Origin: Candidatus Tepidifontimicrobium thermophilum
Lineage (GTDB): Bacteria; Sysuimicrobiota; Sysuimicrobiia; Sysuimicrobiales; Sysuimicrobiaceae
DNA length: 64,000 nucleotides
Direction of reading: 5' to 3'
Assembly: GCA_031459915.1 (NCBI GenBank)
Contig: JAVKHO010000004.1
Location: 1 to 64,000, forward strand
Under the pieces are notes generated by a model, which searched no databases, had not been told where the DNA came from, and saw nothing but the letters and a program-made list of their open reading frames with translations. Positions within the stretch are counted from its first letter, which is position 1; the number at the start of each line of letters is the position of its first letter. Of this stretch, positions 35,460-45,273 are shown piece after piece. Made by a program: the position numbers and the translations under genes.

Positions 35460-37358
35460 CTACCCGCCCGACCCCGGCAGCTGCGGTTCCGCAGAGGCCT
35501 GCCCGTGCGGCAGGCCGACGGTCCTCCTGTTCGCCAGCAGCCGGCGGCCGTATACCGCCCCGCACACCAGCAGTCCGGCCGCGGACCACGCTGCGGAAGG
35601 GTGGAACAGGCCTGCGGCTCCTACGGCCAGCAGAACCCGCTCTGCCGGGCCCAGGGGGCCCGCCAGGTAGCCCATCACCGCCGCGGAGAGGAAGCACAGG
35701 CCCACTGCCGCCGTGCCCACGTGCAGGGCCACGTCCCACGTGCTGCCCCGCAGCAGCAGCGAGGGGATGAACACGAACCCGAACGGGACCAGGTAGCCGG
35801 ACAGGGTGAGCCGCATGCCCTTCAGCCCGGTCTCCATCCAGTTGGACCCCGCGATGGCGGACGTGGTGAACAGCGCCATCCCCTCCGGCGGGGTGATGGT
35901 GGCCAGGACCGAGTAGTAGAAGATGAACAGGTGCGCGGCCAGGGTGGGGATCCCCACGGACTCCAGCGCGGGCGCCACGGTGGCCGCGGCGATGAGGTAG
36001 CTGGCGGTGGTGGGCAGCGCCAGCCCCAGGACCAGGGTGGCTACGATGGCCAGCAGCAGCAGCACGACCACGTTGCCGCCCGCGGCCTGTACCGCCAGGG
36101 AGGAGAACTTCACCCCCAGGCCCGTGAACACGATCATGGAGTAGATCAGGGCGGAGCACGCGGTCCCCATGGCGGCCTCCAGGCTGCGCAGCCCGCCCTG
36201 CGCCAGCCCTTCCGCGATCGCCCTCGGGCCCATCCGGGTCTGCGGCTGCAGCGCCGCCACCAGGACCGTGACCCCGGCCACCACCACGGCGGCGCGCGGG
36301 GCGTGCCACCCACCCAGGACCAGCACCACCAAAAGCACCAGCGGGGCCAACAGGTGGCCGCGACTCCGCAGGACCGCGGGGACCGTGGGGAAGTCGCGCT
36401 CCACCTCCGTCCGGGTCAACCCCCGAAGGCCCAAGGCACCTGCGGCCAGGTAGATGGAGGCGCCCACCCCGAAGTAGTACAGGACAGCCGGCACCAGGGC
36501 CGCCTTCGCGATCTCCACGTACGGGGTGCGGATGAGCTCGGCCATGATGAAGGCCGCAGCGCCCATCACAGGAGGCATGAGCTGGCCGCCCGCAGAGGCG
36601 GCCAGCTCCACTGCGGCCGCCAGGGCCGCGGGGAAGCCGTAGCGCTTCATCAGGGGAATGGTGACGGAACCGATCACCGCGGCGTTGGCGGGCGCGGAAC
36701 CAGAGACCATCCCGAACGCCATGCTCCCCAGCACGGAAACCTGAGCCGGCCCGCCCCGGATGCGGCCGGCCACCCGCATGGCGAAGGCACTGAGCAGGTC
36801 CCCGATGCCCGCCCGCATCAGGAACTCGCCCAGGACCACGAACACCAGGATGTACGTGGCCGCCACGCCCACCGGAAGGCTCCACAGCCCGTCCGGGGTC
36901 AGGTACAGGTAGCCGAGCACGTCCCTCAGGCTGAAGCCCGCGTGGCCCCAGCCTCCTGGGATGAAGCGCCCGCCCAGGGCGTACGCCACCATGGCCAGGG
37001 CCAGCACGGGGAGGGCCCATCCTGTAAGCCGTCGGGTGGCCTCCAGGACCAGCAGCACTGTCACCGCTGCCAGGACCAGCTGGAAGCCCACCGCGATCCC
37101 TGCCTGGTAGGCCACCTGCTCGTGGAATACCAGGACGTACCCAGTCCCCACCACGGAACCCGTCGCGAGCAGGAGGTCCAAGAGCCCCAGCCGGCCTTCC
37201 CGCTCCGCCCGCTGGGCGAACACCAGCAGCAGGACGAACAACAGGAACCCAGACCGTTGTACGAACAGGTCCACCGCCCCGCGCCAGGCGCCCCACAGGA
37301 ACACGAGGCTGAACACGGCGGCCACAGCCCGGTATGCGGTCCGCAGGACGCGGTCCAA
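35460..37358 (-). CDS. TRAP transporter 4TM/12TM fused permease (TAXI type)
   Basis: RGGPAQV, GMVSGS, SAGGQLMPPVMGAAAF, LGLALPTTASY, ITPP. Confidence 0.92.
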   Translation of the reverse strand: MDRVLRTAYRAVAAVFSLVFLWGAWRGAVDLFVQRSGFLLFVLLLVFAQRAEREGRLGLLDLLLATGSVVGTGYVLVFHEQVAYQAGIAVGFQLVLAAVTVLLVLEATRRLTGWALPVLALAMVAYALGGRFIPGGWGHAGFSLRDVLGYLYLTPDGLWSLPVGVAATYILVFVVLGEFLMRAGIGDLLSAFAMRVAGRIRGGPAQVSVLGSMAFGMVSGSAPANAAVIGSVTIPLMKRYGFPAALAAAVELAASAGGQLMPPVMGAAAFIMAELIRTPYVEIAKAALVPAVLYYFGVGASIYLAAGALGLRGLTRTEVERDFPTVPAVLRSRGHLLAPLVLLVVLVLGGWHAPRAAVVVAGVTVLVAALQPQTRMGPRAIAEGLAQGGLRSLEAAMGTACSALIYSMIVFTGLGVKFSSLAVQAAGGNVVVLLLLAIVATLVLGLALPTTASYLIAAATVAPALESVGIPTLAAHLFIFYYSVLATITPPEGMALFTTSAIAGSNWMETGLKGMRLTLSGYLVPFGFVFIPSLLLRGSTWDVALHVGTAAVGLCFLSAAVMGYLAGPLGPAERVLLAVGAAGLFHPSAAWSAAGLLVCGAVYGRRLLANRRTVGLPHGQASAEPQLPGSGG

Positions 37359-37368
37359 GTCCGCCCTC

Positions 37369-38337
37369 CTACCGCGGCAACTGCGGCGGCACCATGGATG
37401 CCGGGATGCGCACCCGCGCCTCCCGGTAGAAGCGCACGGCTCCGGGGTGCAGGGGGTAGCGGGTCTCCACGACGCTGGCCGGCTGGAGCCCTTCCGCCTC
37501 CCGGTACACCTGCACGATCATCCGGTAGTTGTCGAACACCGCCTTGGTGATCCGGTACACGAGGTCCGCGTCCAGGTCGTGGCGGGCCGCCATCACCGCC
37601 CACGGCGCCAGCACCCGGGCCTTGCCCGCTCCGCGGTACGACCGCGAGAAGTCCGCCTCCGCCACGGGGATCTGCGGCATCCGCTCGTTCACCAGGGCCA
37701 CCTCGTCGTCGGTGAGGGACAGCACCCGCAGGGGCTCGCGGAGGGAAACCTCGCCGTAGGCGGGGGCGATCCCGCCCGCCACCACCGCGTCCACCTCACC
37801 CGCCTGCAGGGCGTTGGCGGCGTCCGCGTGCGGGTAGTGGAACAGCCGCGCGGGCTTGACGCGCAGCGCCACCAAAAGCTGAGTCCCCACTTTCTCCGCC
37901 AGGGAGCCGCGCGTCAGGACGTTGATCCGTTTGCCGTCCAGGTCGCGGAACCGACGGATCCCCGAGGACTCCTTCACGATAAAGTGCACGTACTGGGGCG
38001 GATTCGTGGGGTACATCTGCAGGGGGAACTTGGCCGCGTCCTTGAACTCGTCCCGTCGGGCCAGGACGTCGTAGCCGTCCACGGTCACCACCACCGCCAG
38101 GTCCACCAGCCCCGCAGCGAGCCGCGCGGCGTTGGCCCGCAGGCCTGGGGTACCCTGGACGGTGGCGGACACGTCCCGCAGCGCGGCGCTCAACACCTGG
38201 CCCAGCCCCACCGCCTGCAGGTAGGGGCCTCCGCCCACCACGCCGCCCGCGATGGTGAGCCGCACTTGGCCCAGCGCCGCCGCTCCCAGCGCCAGGACCA
38301 ACAGGAACGCCAGACTGCCCGTCCGCCAGCTCCGCAT
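37369..38337 (-). CDS. TAXI family TRAP solute-binding subunit
   Basis: Signal peptide, GVVGGGPY, DLDGKRI, PLHPGAVRFYRE. Confidence 0.9.
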   Translation of the reverse strand: MRSWRTGSLAFLLVLALGAAALGQVRLTIAGGVVGGGPYLQAVGLGQVLSAALRDVSATVQGTPGLRANAARLAAGLVDLAVVVTVDGYDVLARRDEFKDAAKFPLQMYPTNPPQYVHFIVKESSGIRRFRDLDGKRINVLTRGSLAEKVGTQLLVALRVKPARLFHYPHADAANALQAGEVDAVVAGGIAPAYGEVSLREPLRVLSLTDDEVALVNERMPQIPVAEADFSRSYRGAGKARVLAPWAVMAARHDLDADLVYRITKAVFDNYRMIVQVYREAEGLQPASVVETRYPLHPGAVRFYREARVRIPASMVPPQLPR

Positions 38338-38355
38338 GCTCCTCTCCCTCCCTTC

Positions 38356-39270
38356 TCAGGCCGCTAGCCAGGCCTCTTCCATCACGCGCTTGGCGTTCGC
38401 CACGACCAGCTCCGGCCGCTCGCCCGCCAGCAGCGGCCGCACCTCGGCACTGCACACGGGCCGGTCCTGGGGGTTGAAGAAGTTCAAATCCAGCAGGATC
38501 CGGAAGAACCGCGCCACCAGCTGGACGTCCACCTCGCTGCCGGGCAGGTCGAACCGGGGCTGCATGTCGCCCCACGCTACGCTCCGGCGGTCCTGCACGT
38601 ACGCGTTGCCGAGGTGCACGTGCACCAGGTGCGGGCGCAGGGCCGGCAGGACCTCTTCCAGCTCCTCACGGTTCAGGGGCGCGTGGGACAGGTCGTAAAG
38701 GAGTCCGAACCGGGGGAAGTGTTTGCGGACCTCCTGCACCACGTCCAGGGCGTCCGTGTGGAGCCCCACCAGGGACTCCTTGTCCACGTACCGGTCGAAG
38801 ATCTTCAGGGTGAGCCCGGGGTCCCCGTGCTCCCGGGCGAAGGCACACACCTCCAGCAGGGAGTCCACCAGCAGCTTCTTCGCCTCCTGGCGCCGCTCCG
38901 GGCCAGGGTCCTTCCCCGCGGTCAGCCGGACCCACCGCGCGCCCAGCTGCTCGGCTTCCCGGATGCAGTTCTTGACCTGGTTGATGGCCCGGCGCCGCGC
39001 CTCCGGGTCGAAGGCGTTGAGGCTGAGCCTCTGGCTGAACATGGCGGGCTGGGTCGCGTAGCACACCTCCACGTGGCTCTGCTCCAACACCTGCCGGGCC
39101 TGGTCCCGCACGTGCGGGTCCTTGATCCACCCCACCTCGATGGCGGCGAAGAACGTGTCCTCGCACAACCGGGTGAGGCTCTCCACGATGGGGCCGGTCC
39201 CGTCCTCGATGGGGTAGGCCTTGAAGGCCACGATCCCCGGCCGCATGTACGCTTTCATGGGTGCGTGCAT
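38356..39270 (-). CDS. Sugar-phosphate isomerase/epimerase, AP-endonuclease-2 TIM-barrel family
   Basis: LYDLSH, HVHLGN, WGDMQPRF, SAEVRP. Confidence 0.8.
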   Translation of the reverse strand: MHAPMKAYMRPGIVAFKAYPIEDGTGPIVESLTRLCEDTFFAAIEVGWIKDPHVRDQARQVLEQSHVEVCYATQPAMFSQRLSLNAFDPEARRRAINQVKNCIREAEQLGARWVRLTAGKDPGPERRQEAKKLLVDSLLEVCAFAREHGDPGLTLKIFDRYVDKESLVGLHTDALDVVQEVRKHFPRFGLLYDLSHAPLNREELEEVLPALRPHLVHVHLGNAYVQDRRSVAWGDMQPRFDLPGSEVDVQLVARFFRILLDLNFFNPQDRPVCSAEVRPLLAGERPELVVANAKRVMEEAWLAA

Positions 39271-39301
39271 ACCCTCTCCCTCCCCTCCGGTCGCTCCTTA
39301 C

Positions 39302-40330
39302 CTATCCCGCGCGATCCGCCACGGCCGCGTGGCCCTTCCGAGGCGGGGCCGTGGACTCGCGCACGCGTAACTCCGTGGGCAGCACCACATTGGCCGCGCG
39401 ACGGCCCGCCCGGACCGCCAGCAACAGCTCCAGGGTCCTGCGCCCCATCTCGTAGGTGGGGACGGCCACCGTGGTGAGGGCCGGCACGCTCACCGCGGCC
39501 GCGGGTGTGTCGTCGAAGCCCACCACGGACACGTCCTCGGGGACCTGCAGCCCTTCCTCCCACAGGGCCCGCAGGGCGCCCAGGGCCATCTGGTCGTTCG
39601 AGGCGACCACCGCGCTGACCGGACACCGCTCGAGCAGCTCCCGCGCCGCGCGGTAGCCTCCCTCCGCGGTGAACTCCGACCACACGAGCCACCGCTCGTC
39701 CGGCTGGACTCCCGCCTCCCGCAGCGCCGCCAGGTAGCCGCGCACGCGGTCCCGGGCGGTCAGGGAACTGGCCGGCCCTGCCAGACACCCGACCCGCACG
39801 TGGCCCAGCTCCAGCAGGTGACGGCAGGCCTGCCGGGCGGCCTCCACGTTGTCCACCCGGACCGAAGGGACCCGCGCGGGGTGCCGGCCCACGGCCACCA
39901 CGGGCACCCGACCGTCCACCATCCGGAGATCCTCCACGGTCAGGGTGCCGCCCGCGGCCACCACTCCGTCCACCCGGTGCTCCAGCAGGGTGCGCAGGTA
40001 CTGACGCTGCTTGGCCGGGTCCCGGTCGGTGTTGCACAGGATCACCGCCAGCCCGTGCTGGTGCGCCACGTCCTCGATCCCCCGCAGGACTGCAGCGTAG
40101 TAGGGGTTGGACACGTCCGGCACCAGCAGCCCCACCACCGCGGTCTCCCGCCGCAACAGGCTCCGGGCGAGGCGGTTGGGGTAGTACGCGAGCCGCTGCG
40201 CCGCCTCCAGCACCCGCCGCCGGGTATCCTCCCGCACGGGGTGGTTGCTCCCGCTCAGGACCCGGGACACGGTGGCAGGTGAGACCCCGGCCAGCCGGGC
40301 GACCTCGCGGATGGTCACGGGATCCTCCAT
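39302..40330 (-). CDS. LacI family transcriptional regulator
   Basis: TIREVARLAGVSPATVSRVL, YYPNRLARSL, SVVGFDD. Confidence 0.95.
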   Translation of the reverse strand: MEDPVTIREVARLAGVSPATVSRVLSGSNHPVREDTRRRVLEAAQRLAYYPNRLARSLLRRETAVVGLLVPDVSNPYYAAVLRGIEDVAHQHGLAVILCNTDRDPAKQRQYLRTLLEHRVDGVVAAGGTLTVEDLRMVDGRVPVVAVGRHPARVPSVRVDNVEAARQACRHLLELGHVRVGCLAGPASSLTARDRVRGYLAALREAGVQPDERWLVWSEFTAEGGYRAARELLERCPVSAVVASNDQMALGALRALWEEGLQVPEDVSVVGFDDTPAAAVSVPALTTVAVPTYEMGRRTLELLLAVRAGRRAANVVLPTELRVRESTAPPRKGHAAVADRAG

Positions 40331-40334
40331 GGCC

Positions 40335-41432
40335 CTACGGGAACACCACCACCTTGATGGCGTCGCCGATCCTCTTCTCCGCGGTCTCCAGGGCCTTCGG
40401 CAGCTCGTCCAGGGAGAACCGGTGTGTGATGAACGGCCTGCCGGAGATCTTCCCCTGCGCCATCAGGGCCAGCCCGCGCTTCACCGCGCCTTTCCCCTCG
40501 CCCCGGATGCCGTACAGGTAGATGTTGTTGCGGACCATGTAGGCAGCGTCGAAGGGTACCGGTTCCCGGCTGAAAGCCGCCAGACACACCTTCCCGCCCC
40601 GCTTGGTGCTGTACAGGGCCTGGTTGATGGCGTCCGGGGCACCGGAGCACTCCATGACCAGGTCCACGCCCAGGCCCTCCGTCAGGTCCCGTACCCGCTC
40701 CACCAGGTTCTCCTGGCGCACGTCCACCACCCAGTCCGCCCCGAGTTCCTGTCCCAGCCGCAGCCGGCTCTCCCGGGTGCCCGCCAGGACCACGGTGGCG
40801 CCCAGGGCTTTCCCACACGCCACCGCCATGAGCCCGATGGGACCCGGCCCGATCACCAGCAGGGTTTCGCCCGCTACCAGTCCCCCGAGCACGTCCAGGC
40901 CGTACAGCGCGGTGCCCGCGGTGACGATGAGGGTGGCCTCGTCGAAGGGGATGTGGTCCGGCAGCTTGTAGACGGTGTTGATGTGGTTGACGGCGTACTC
41001 GGCAAACCCTCCGTCGGTGGTGAACCCGTTGGCCCGGTGCCCCTTGGACCGGCGCGAGTAGTTCAGGCACGAGGTGTACATCCCGTGCCGGCAGCGCTCG
41101 CAGCGCCCGCATCCCGCGTGCACCTCCACCACGACCCGGTCGCCCACGCGGAACTCGTCCACGGACGGGCCCAGCTCCACGACCGTGCCCACGTACTCGT
41201 GGCCGATCACGTGCTGTCCGTTGAAGGGTAGCTCGCCCTCCACCAGGGCCGGGAGCCCGTTGTGCAGGATCTCGATGTCGGTCCCACAGATGGCCACCGC
41301 CTCCACCTTCACCAGGACCTCCGCGGGCCCGGGCCTGGGGACGGGCTTGACCACCGGCCGTAGGTCCCCAGGCCCGAAAAGGGCCCACGCCCGCATGGTC
41401 TGGGGGATCGTCGCGGTGCTTGCCTGTCCCAT
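40335..41432 (-). CDS. Zn-dependent dehydrogenase (threonine/sorbitol dehydrogenase-like MDR)
   Basis: ICGTD, GHE, CGRCERC…C, GPGPIG; alternative GTG start at 41441. Confidence 0.92.
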   Translation of the reverse strand: MGQASTATIPQTMRAWALFGPGDLRPVVKPVPRPGPAEVLVKVEAVAICGTDIEILHNGLPALVEGELPFNGQHVIGHEYVGTVVELGPSVDEFRVGDRVVVEVHAGCGRCERCRHGMYTSCLNYSRRSKGHRANGFTTDGGFAEYAVNHINTVYKLPDHIPFDEATLIVTAGTALYGLDVLGGLVAGETLLVIGPGPIGLMAVACGKALGATVVLAGTRESRLRLGQELGADWVVDVRQENLVERVRDLTEGLGVDLVMECSGAPDAINQALYSTKRGGKVCLAAFSREPVPFDAAYMVRNNIYLYGIRGEGKGAVKRGLALMAQGKISGRPFITHRFSLDELPKALETAEKRIGDAIKVVVFP

Positions 41433-41453
41433 CGCATCCACCTCCCTGCCGGC

Positions 41454-42686
41454 CTAGCGGCACACCTCCTGGAACACCTCCTGTACCGCCTGCACGAACT
41501 CCGGGTGGTTGATGGCCGCGTCCACCTCCAAGTACCGGATGCCTGGCCGCAGCCGCTCCCGCACCGCCTCCCGCAGCGCCTCGGGGATGCGGGGATCCCA
41601 CAGAGGGCCGCCTTGCTCTCCGATGTACGACCACCCGCGGAGGGGGACCACCAGCGCCACCGGCCCCGCAGCCTCGTTCAGCCGCGCCACCAGTTCGTCC
41701 GCCACCCGTCGGACCTCCTCGGGCCGGGCCTGCACGTTGGTGTTGTAGGGGTTGTGGTAGTGGGTCGGCCGGTCCCGGTACCTCTCGGGCACGGCATCCG
41801 GTGCGCCGAAGATGAAGTAGTCCAGGCCTCCCGGGGCCACCACCTGCGGCAGTCCCAGCCGGCCGACCACGCGCAGGCGCCCGGACCGCACGGGCGCGTA
41901 GATGTCCTCGGGGAACACCTCGCCGACCAGCTCGTGGGGGGTGAGGTCCAGGACCGCGCTGAAGGCACCCTGCTCGGCCAGCTGCTCCATGGCGGTACCC
42001 CCCGCTCCAGAAGCGTGGAACGCCACCGGTTCGTAGCCGCGCTGCCGGAGCCACTCCACCAGGGCACTCACCGCGCCGTGGGTGTTGCCCAGCGCGGTCA
42101 GCGCCACCGCGGGACGGCCGTCCACGGGCGTCGGCTGGGACTCCACGGCCCCCAGCAGCATCCCCGCCGCACGAGCCAGCACCGTACGGGTGATCCGGTT
42201 GGGTCCGCCCAGAAAGTCCGCGACGGAGAACATCACCGCGATGTCGCTGGCCTGCAGGTAGGGCCGCAGGTTGCCGGAAGCCACGGTAGACACCACCACT
42301 TTGGGGACCCACAGGGGCAGGCTGCGCAGGGCGAGGCAGGCGGCTGCGGTGCCCTGGTTTCCGCCGATCCCGATGGCCCCCGCCAGCCGTCCTTCCTGCC
42401 ACCACCCCAGCAGGACCCGGGCCGCGCCTTCCCCCGTCACGGCCAGCGCCCGGTCCCTGCGCATGTGCAGGAGGTCTGTGGCGTCCACCCCGGCCAGCCG
42501 GGCCACCTCCTCCCGGGGCACGTCCGCTTCGGGCCAGCCTTCGGGAGGGGGACGCAGGCCCACGTCCACCACCTTCGCCACCCAGCCCCGGTCCCGGAAC
42601 CAGGCGCGCAGAAAGTCCGCCTCCGGCCCCTTGGTGTCCACGGTGGCCAGCACCGCGACCCACCGGTTCGCCGACGTGGCCCCCAA
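41454..42686 (-). CDS. Tm-1-like ATP-binding domain protein (UPF0261)
   Basis: ATVDTKGPE, PKVVVSTVASG, FHASGAGG, VAPGGLD, AINHPEF. Confidence 0.9.
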   Translation of the reverse strand: MGATSANRWVAVLATVDTKGPEADFLRAWFRDRGWVAKVVDVGLRPPPEGWPEADVPREEVARLAGVDATDLLHMRRDRALAVTGEGAARVLLGWWQEGRLAGAIGIGGNQGTAAACLALRSLPLWVPKVVVSTVASGNLRPYLQASDIAVMFSVADFLGGPNRITRTVLARAAGMLLGAVESQPTPVDGRPAVALTALGNTHGAVSALVEWLRQRGYEPVAFHASGAGGTAMEQLAEQGAFSAVLDLTPHELVGEVFPEDIYAPVRSGRLRVVGRLGLPQVVAPGGLDYFIFGAPDAVPERYRDRPTHYHNPYNTNVQARPEEVRRVADELVARLNEAAGPVALVVPLRGWSYIGEQGGPLWDPRIPEALREAVRERLRPGIRYLEVDAAINHPEFVQAVQEVFQEVCR

Positions 42687-42746
42687 CCCTCGCCTCCCTA
42701 AACCACCGGCCCGTCCCTTCGGGTCACGAGCCCCTCCGACACGGCG

Positions 42747-43361
42747 TCAGCGGGCCTGTCCCAGCAGCCGCAGCCACAGCGCGGTGCGGCACGCGTCCTC
42801 CAGGTACTCGCTCAGATACAGCGCCTCCTCCAGGTCCGCTCCCACGGTGACCGTGCCGTGCTCCGCGAGGATGACCGCCCGCATCCCCGGGCTGCCGAGC
42901 GCCTCACCGACGGCCTCCGCGAGCTCCCGGCTCCCCGAGGGAGCAGGAGGCACCAGACTCAGCCGACCGCCCAGGAAGGTGCGGGCGGCCCCCGTGTGGA
43001 GAGGCGGCAGCTGGCGGGCGGCGGCGAACACCAGGGCGTAAGGGGGGTGCAGGTGCACCACTGCCCCCACGTCCGGCCTGCGGCGGTACACCTCCAGGTG
43101 GAAGAAACGCTCCTTGGAGGGCCGGAGCTCAGACTCCTCTACCAGGTTGCCCTCCAGGTCCATGAGCAGCACGTCCCGGGCAGTGAGCTGTCCCAGGGAC
43201 ATCCCCGTGGCCTTGATCAACACCCGGTCCTGCCCGGGCACCCGGCAGCTCAGGTTCCCGCTGATCCCGGGCGCCAGCCCGAGCCGGTACGCCCGCCGGG
43301 AAACCGCGGCCAGCTTGCGCCGCAGCCGTTCCAGCTCCGCAGGGTCCGTCACGGTTGCCAC
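42747..43361 (-). CDS. Class II aldolase/adducin family protein (FucA-like)
   Basis: SGNLS, PSKE, VVHLHP, EHG Zn ligands. Confidence 0.9.
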   Translation of the reverse strand: MATVTDPAELERLRRKLAAVSRRAYRLGLAPGISGNLSCRVPGQDRVLIKATGMSLGQLTARDVLLMDLEGNLVEESELRPSKERFFHLEVYRRRPDVGAVVHLHPPYALVFAAARQLPPLHTGAARTFLGGRLSLVPPAPSGSRELAEAVGEALGSPGMRAVILAEHGTVTVGADLEEALYLSEYLEDACRTALWLRLLGQAR

Positions 43362-44269
43362 GCCCGCTCCGGGAAGTCCGCGTGGGAGACCTCCACGGGG
43401 AACTTCCGCACCTCCTCCACGAAGTCGGCCAGGTGGCGGGCCATGCGGCGGAAGATCTCCATCCCCTTCTGGGGGTTGGCCCGGAAGGGGTTGCCGATCA
43501 CCGCGGTGTCGGAGTACTCGTGGTGCTCCATGGGCACCCAGATGTTCTCCGACTCCTGGAAGATCACGGTCCCCGTGCCGTCCACCTTCGAGAACTTCTC
43601 GCCCATCCAGCGGGGCGCGTGGGCCCGGTCCGCCACCGCCCGCCGCATGTCCACCAGGGCCTCGTGGACCGCCATCACGCAGGACGTTTCGAGCTCGCTG
43701 CTGTGCCAGCCCGGGGTCTCCTCCGGCGGGTTCTCCAGCACCCCTCGCAGGACGTTCACCTCCCGCTCCGTGGGGGTCTTGTAGAAGGCGAAGAACGCCC
43801 CGGTGCGGTAACGGAGGTACCGCAGGATCTCGTCGATGGGCTTGGTGTTGGAGCCGTGGTGGCTTACGAACACGATCCGGCGGAACCCGTGGAACACGAG
43901 GCTGAGGGCCACGTCGTGCATGACCCGGCGGTAGGTCTCCGCCTGCAGGGTGATGGTGCCCGCCCCCTCCAGAAGCCGGCCCATGTGGTGGGGGGAGTAC
44001 CCGAAGGGCATCAGGGGCGCGTACAGGCAGTCTGCCATCTCCGCGGCCATCACCACCGCGGTCATGGTGATGTAGCTGTCCGTGCCGAGGGGGATGTGGG
44101 CGCCGTGCTTCTCGGTGCTGCCCAGGGGGACCAGCACCACGTCCTGTCCGGGCTCCCGCAGGCGCTCGGCCACCTCCGCGTAGGACATGCTCAGCAGGTT
44201 GCGTTTGCGGCCGTCCGGGGGGACGTCCGCGGCGAAGTACCGGTGGTAAGCGGGCTCGTGGGTTGCCAA
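43349..44269 (-). CDS. Creatininase family amidohydrolase
   Basis: PLGSTEKHGAHIPLGTD, SPHH, HHGSN, HSSELETS; TTG start at 44269 after GGAGGAG. Confidence 0.9.
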   Translation of the reverse strand: MATHEPAYHRYFAADVPPDGRKRNLLSMSYAEVAERLREPGQDVVLVPLGSTEKHGAHIPLGTDSYITMTAVVMAAEMADCLYAPLMPFGYSPHHMGRLLEGAGTITLQAETYRRVMHDVALSLVFHGFRRIVFVSHHGSNTKPIDEILRYLRYRTGAFFAFYKTPTEREVNVLRGVLENPPEETPGWHSSELETSCVMAVHEALVDMRRAVADRAHAPRWMGEKFSKVDGTGTVIFQESENIWVPMEHHEYSDTAVIGNPFRANPQKGMEIFRRMARHLADFVEEVRKFPVEVSHADFPERAWQP

Positions 44270-44296
44270 CGCTGCTCCTCCTGTCTGCAAAGGTTT

Positions 44297-44314
44297 GTGG
44301 AAAAGGATTTCCAC
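44297..44314. promoter_or_regulatory. Candidate LacI operator GTGGAAA-AGGA-TTTCCAC
   Basis: 7-4-7 inverted repeat resembling the LacI-type AAnCGnTT core, in the 124-bp gap upstream of the creatininase operon that includes lacI. Confidence 0.6.
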
Positions 44315-44393
44315 CTCCGGGGGCTGTTTCCTCCTGGAGGTCCCGTTTTCCTGCCTGGGAAGCGGCTCCTCTGGCGCAGTCCCCTGCGGGGCT

Positions 44394-45263
44394 TCAGCGC
44401 CGCAGCAGGGCGCTACCGTACAGCCCCGTCGGCTTCCACAGGAGGATGAGCAGCATCGCCGCAAACGGCGCCATCTGGGCCAGGGGCGCGTACACCAGGG
44501 ACCCTAAGGAGACCACCTGCCCCACCAGGAAGGCGGACACCAGGGTGCCTTTGAGGCTGCCCAGCCCGCCGATGATTACCACCATGAAGACGAAGGGGAC
44601 CACCTCCAGGCCCATCTGCGGGTCCACCATGACCAGGGGACCGTGCAGCGCGCCTGCCAGCCCGGACAGCACCCCCGCCCCCACGAAGGTCCCGGTGAAC
44701 AGCCGGTACACGTCCACGCCCAGGCCCTCCACCTGGTCCACGTCCTCCACCGCGGCCCGGATGGCGGTGCCCACGATGGTGCGGTTCAGCAGCCACTGGA
44801 TGGCGCCGTAGACCGCGCCCGCGATACCGATCACGATGATCCGGTACACGGGGACGTTCACCCCCAGCAGGGCCACCTGGGCCTCCACGGGGATCCCCAT
44901 GGGGCGGGGCACTAGGCCCCACACGTACTTGATGGCGCCCACCCCCGCCACCAGGATCCCGAAGGAGGTGATCATGGTGAAGGTAATCTCCCGGGCGTAG
45001 ATGCGGTCGAACACCCACCGCTCCACCACCCAGCTCAACGCGCCCGCGGCCAGGGCCCCGCACAGCATGGCGGGCCAGGTGAGCCCCGTACTCACGTTGA
45101 CCTGATAGGCCACGTAGGCCCCCAGGGAGTAGTACAGGAGCTGGTCCAGGCTGATGATGCGCATCAGCCCGAAGCACAGGGACAGGCCCGCGGCCAGCAG
45201 GAAGAAGATGCTCCCCATGCTGAGCCCGTAGACCACGCCGGAGATCCACAGGTGCGCGTCCAC
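44394..45263 (-). CDS. Branched-chain-type ABC permease (LivH-like)
   Basis: GLSLCFGLMRII, IIGGLGSLKG, KPTGLYG. Confidence 0.92.
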   Translation of the reverse strand: MDAHLWISGVVYGLSMGSIFFLLAAGLSLCFGLMRIISLDQLLYYSLGAYVAYQVNVSTGLTWPAMLCGALAAGALSWVVERWVFDRIYAREITFTMITSFGILVAGVGAIKYVWGLVPRPMGIPVEAQVALLGVNVPVYRIIVIGIAGAVYGAIQWLLNRTIVGTAIRAAVEDVDQVEGLGVDVYRLFTGTFVGAGVLSGLAGALHGPLVMVDPQMGLEVVPFVFMVVIIGGLGSLKGTLVSAFLVGQVVSLGSLVYAPLAQMAPFAAMLLILLWKPTGLYGSALLRR

Positions 45264-45273
45264 GCGCGGCCTC

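Noticed and set aside
43349..44269. Creatininase-family gene as mycofactocin MftE
   Set aside because: No mftA/B/C/D/F or radical SAM gene in the window.
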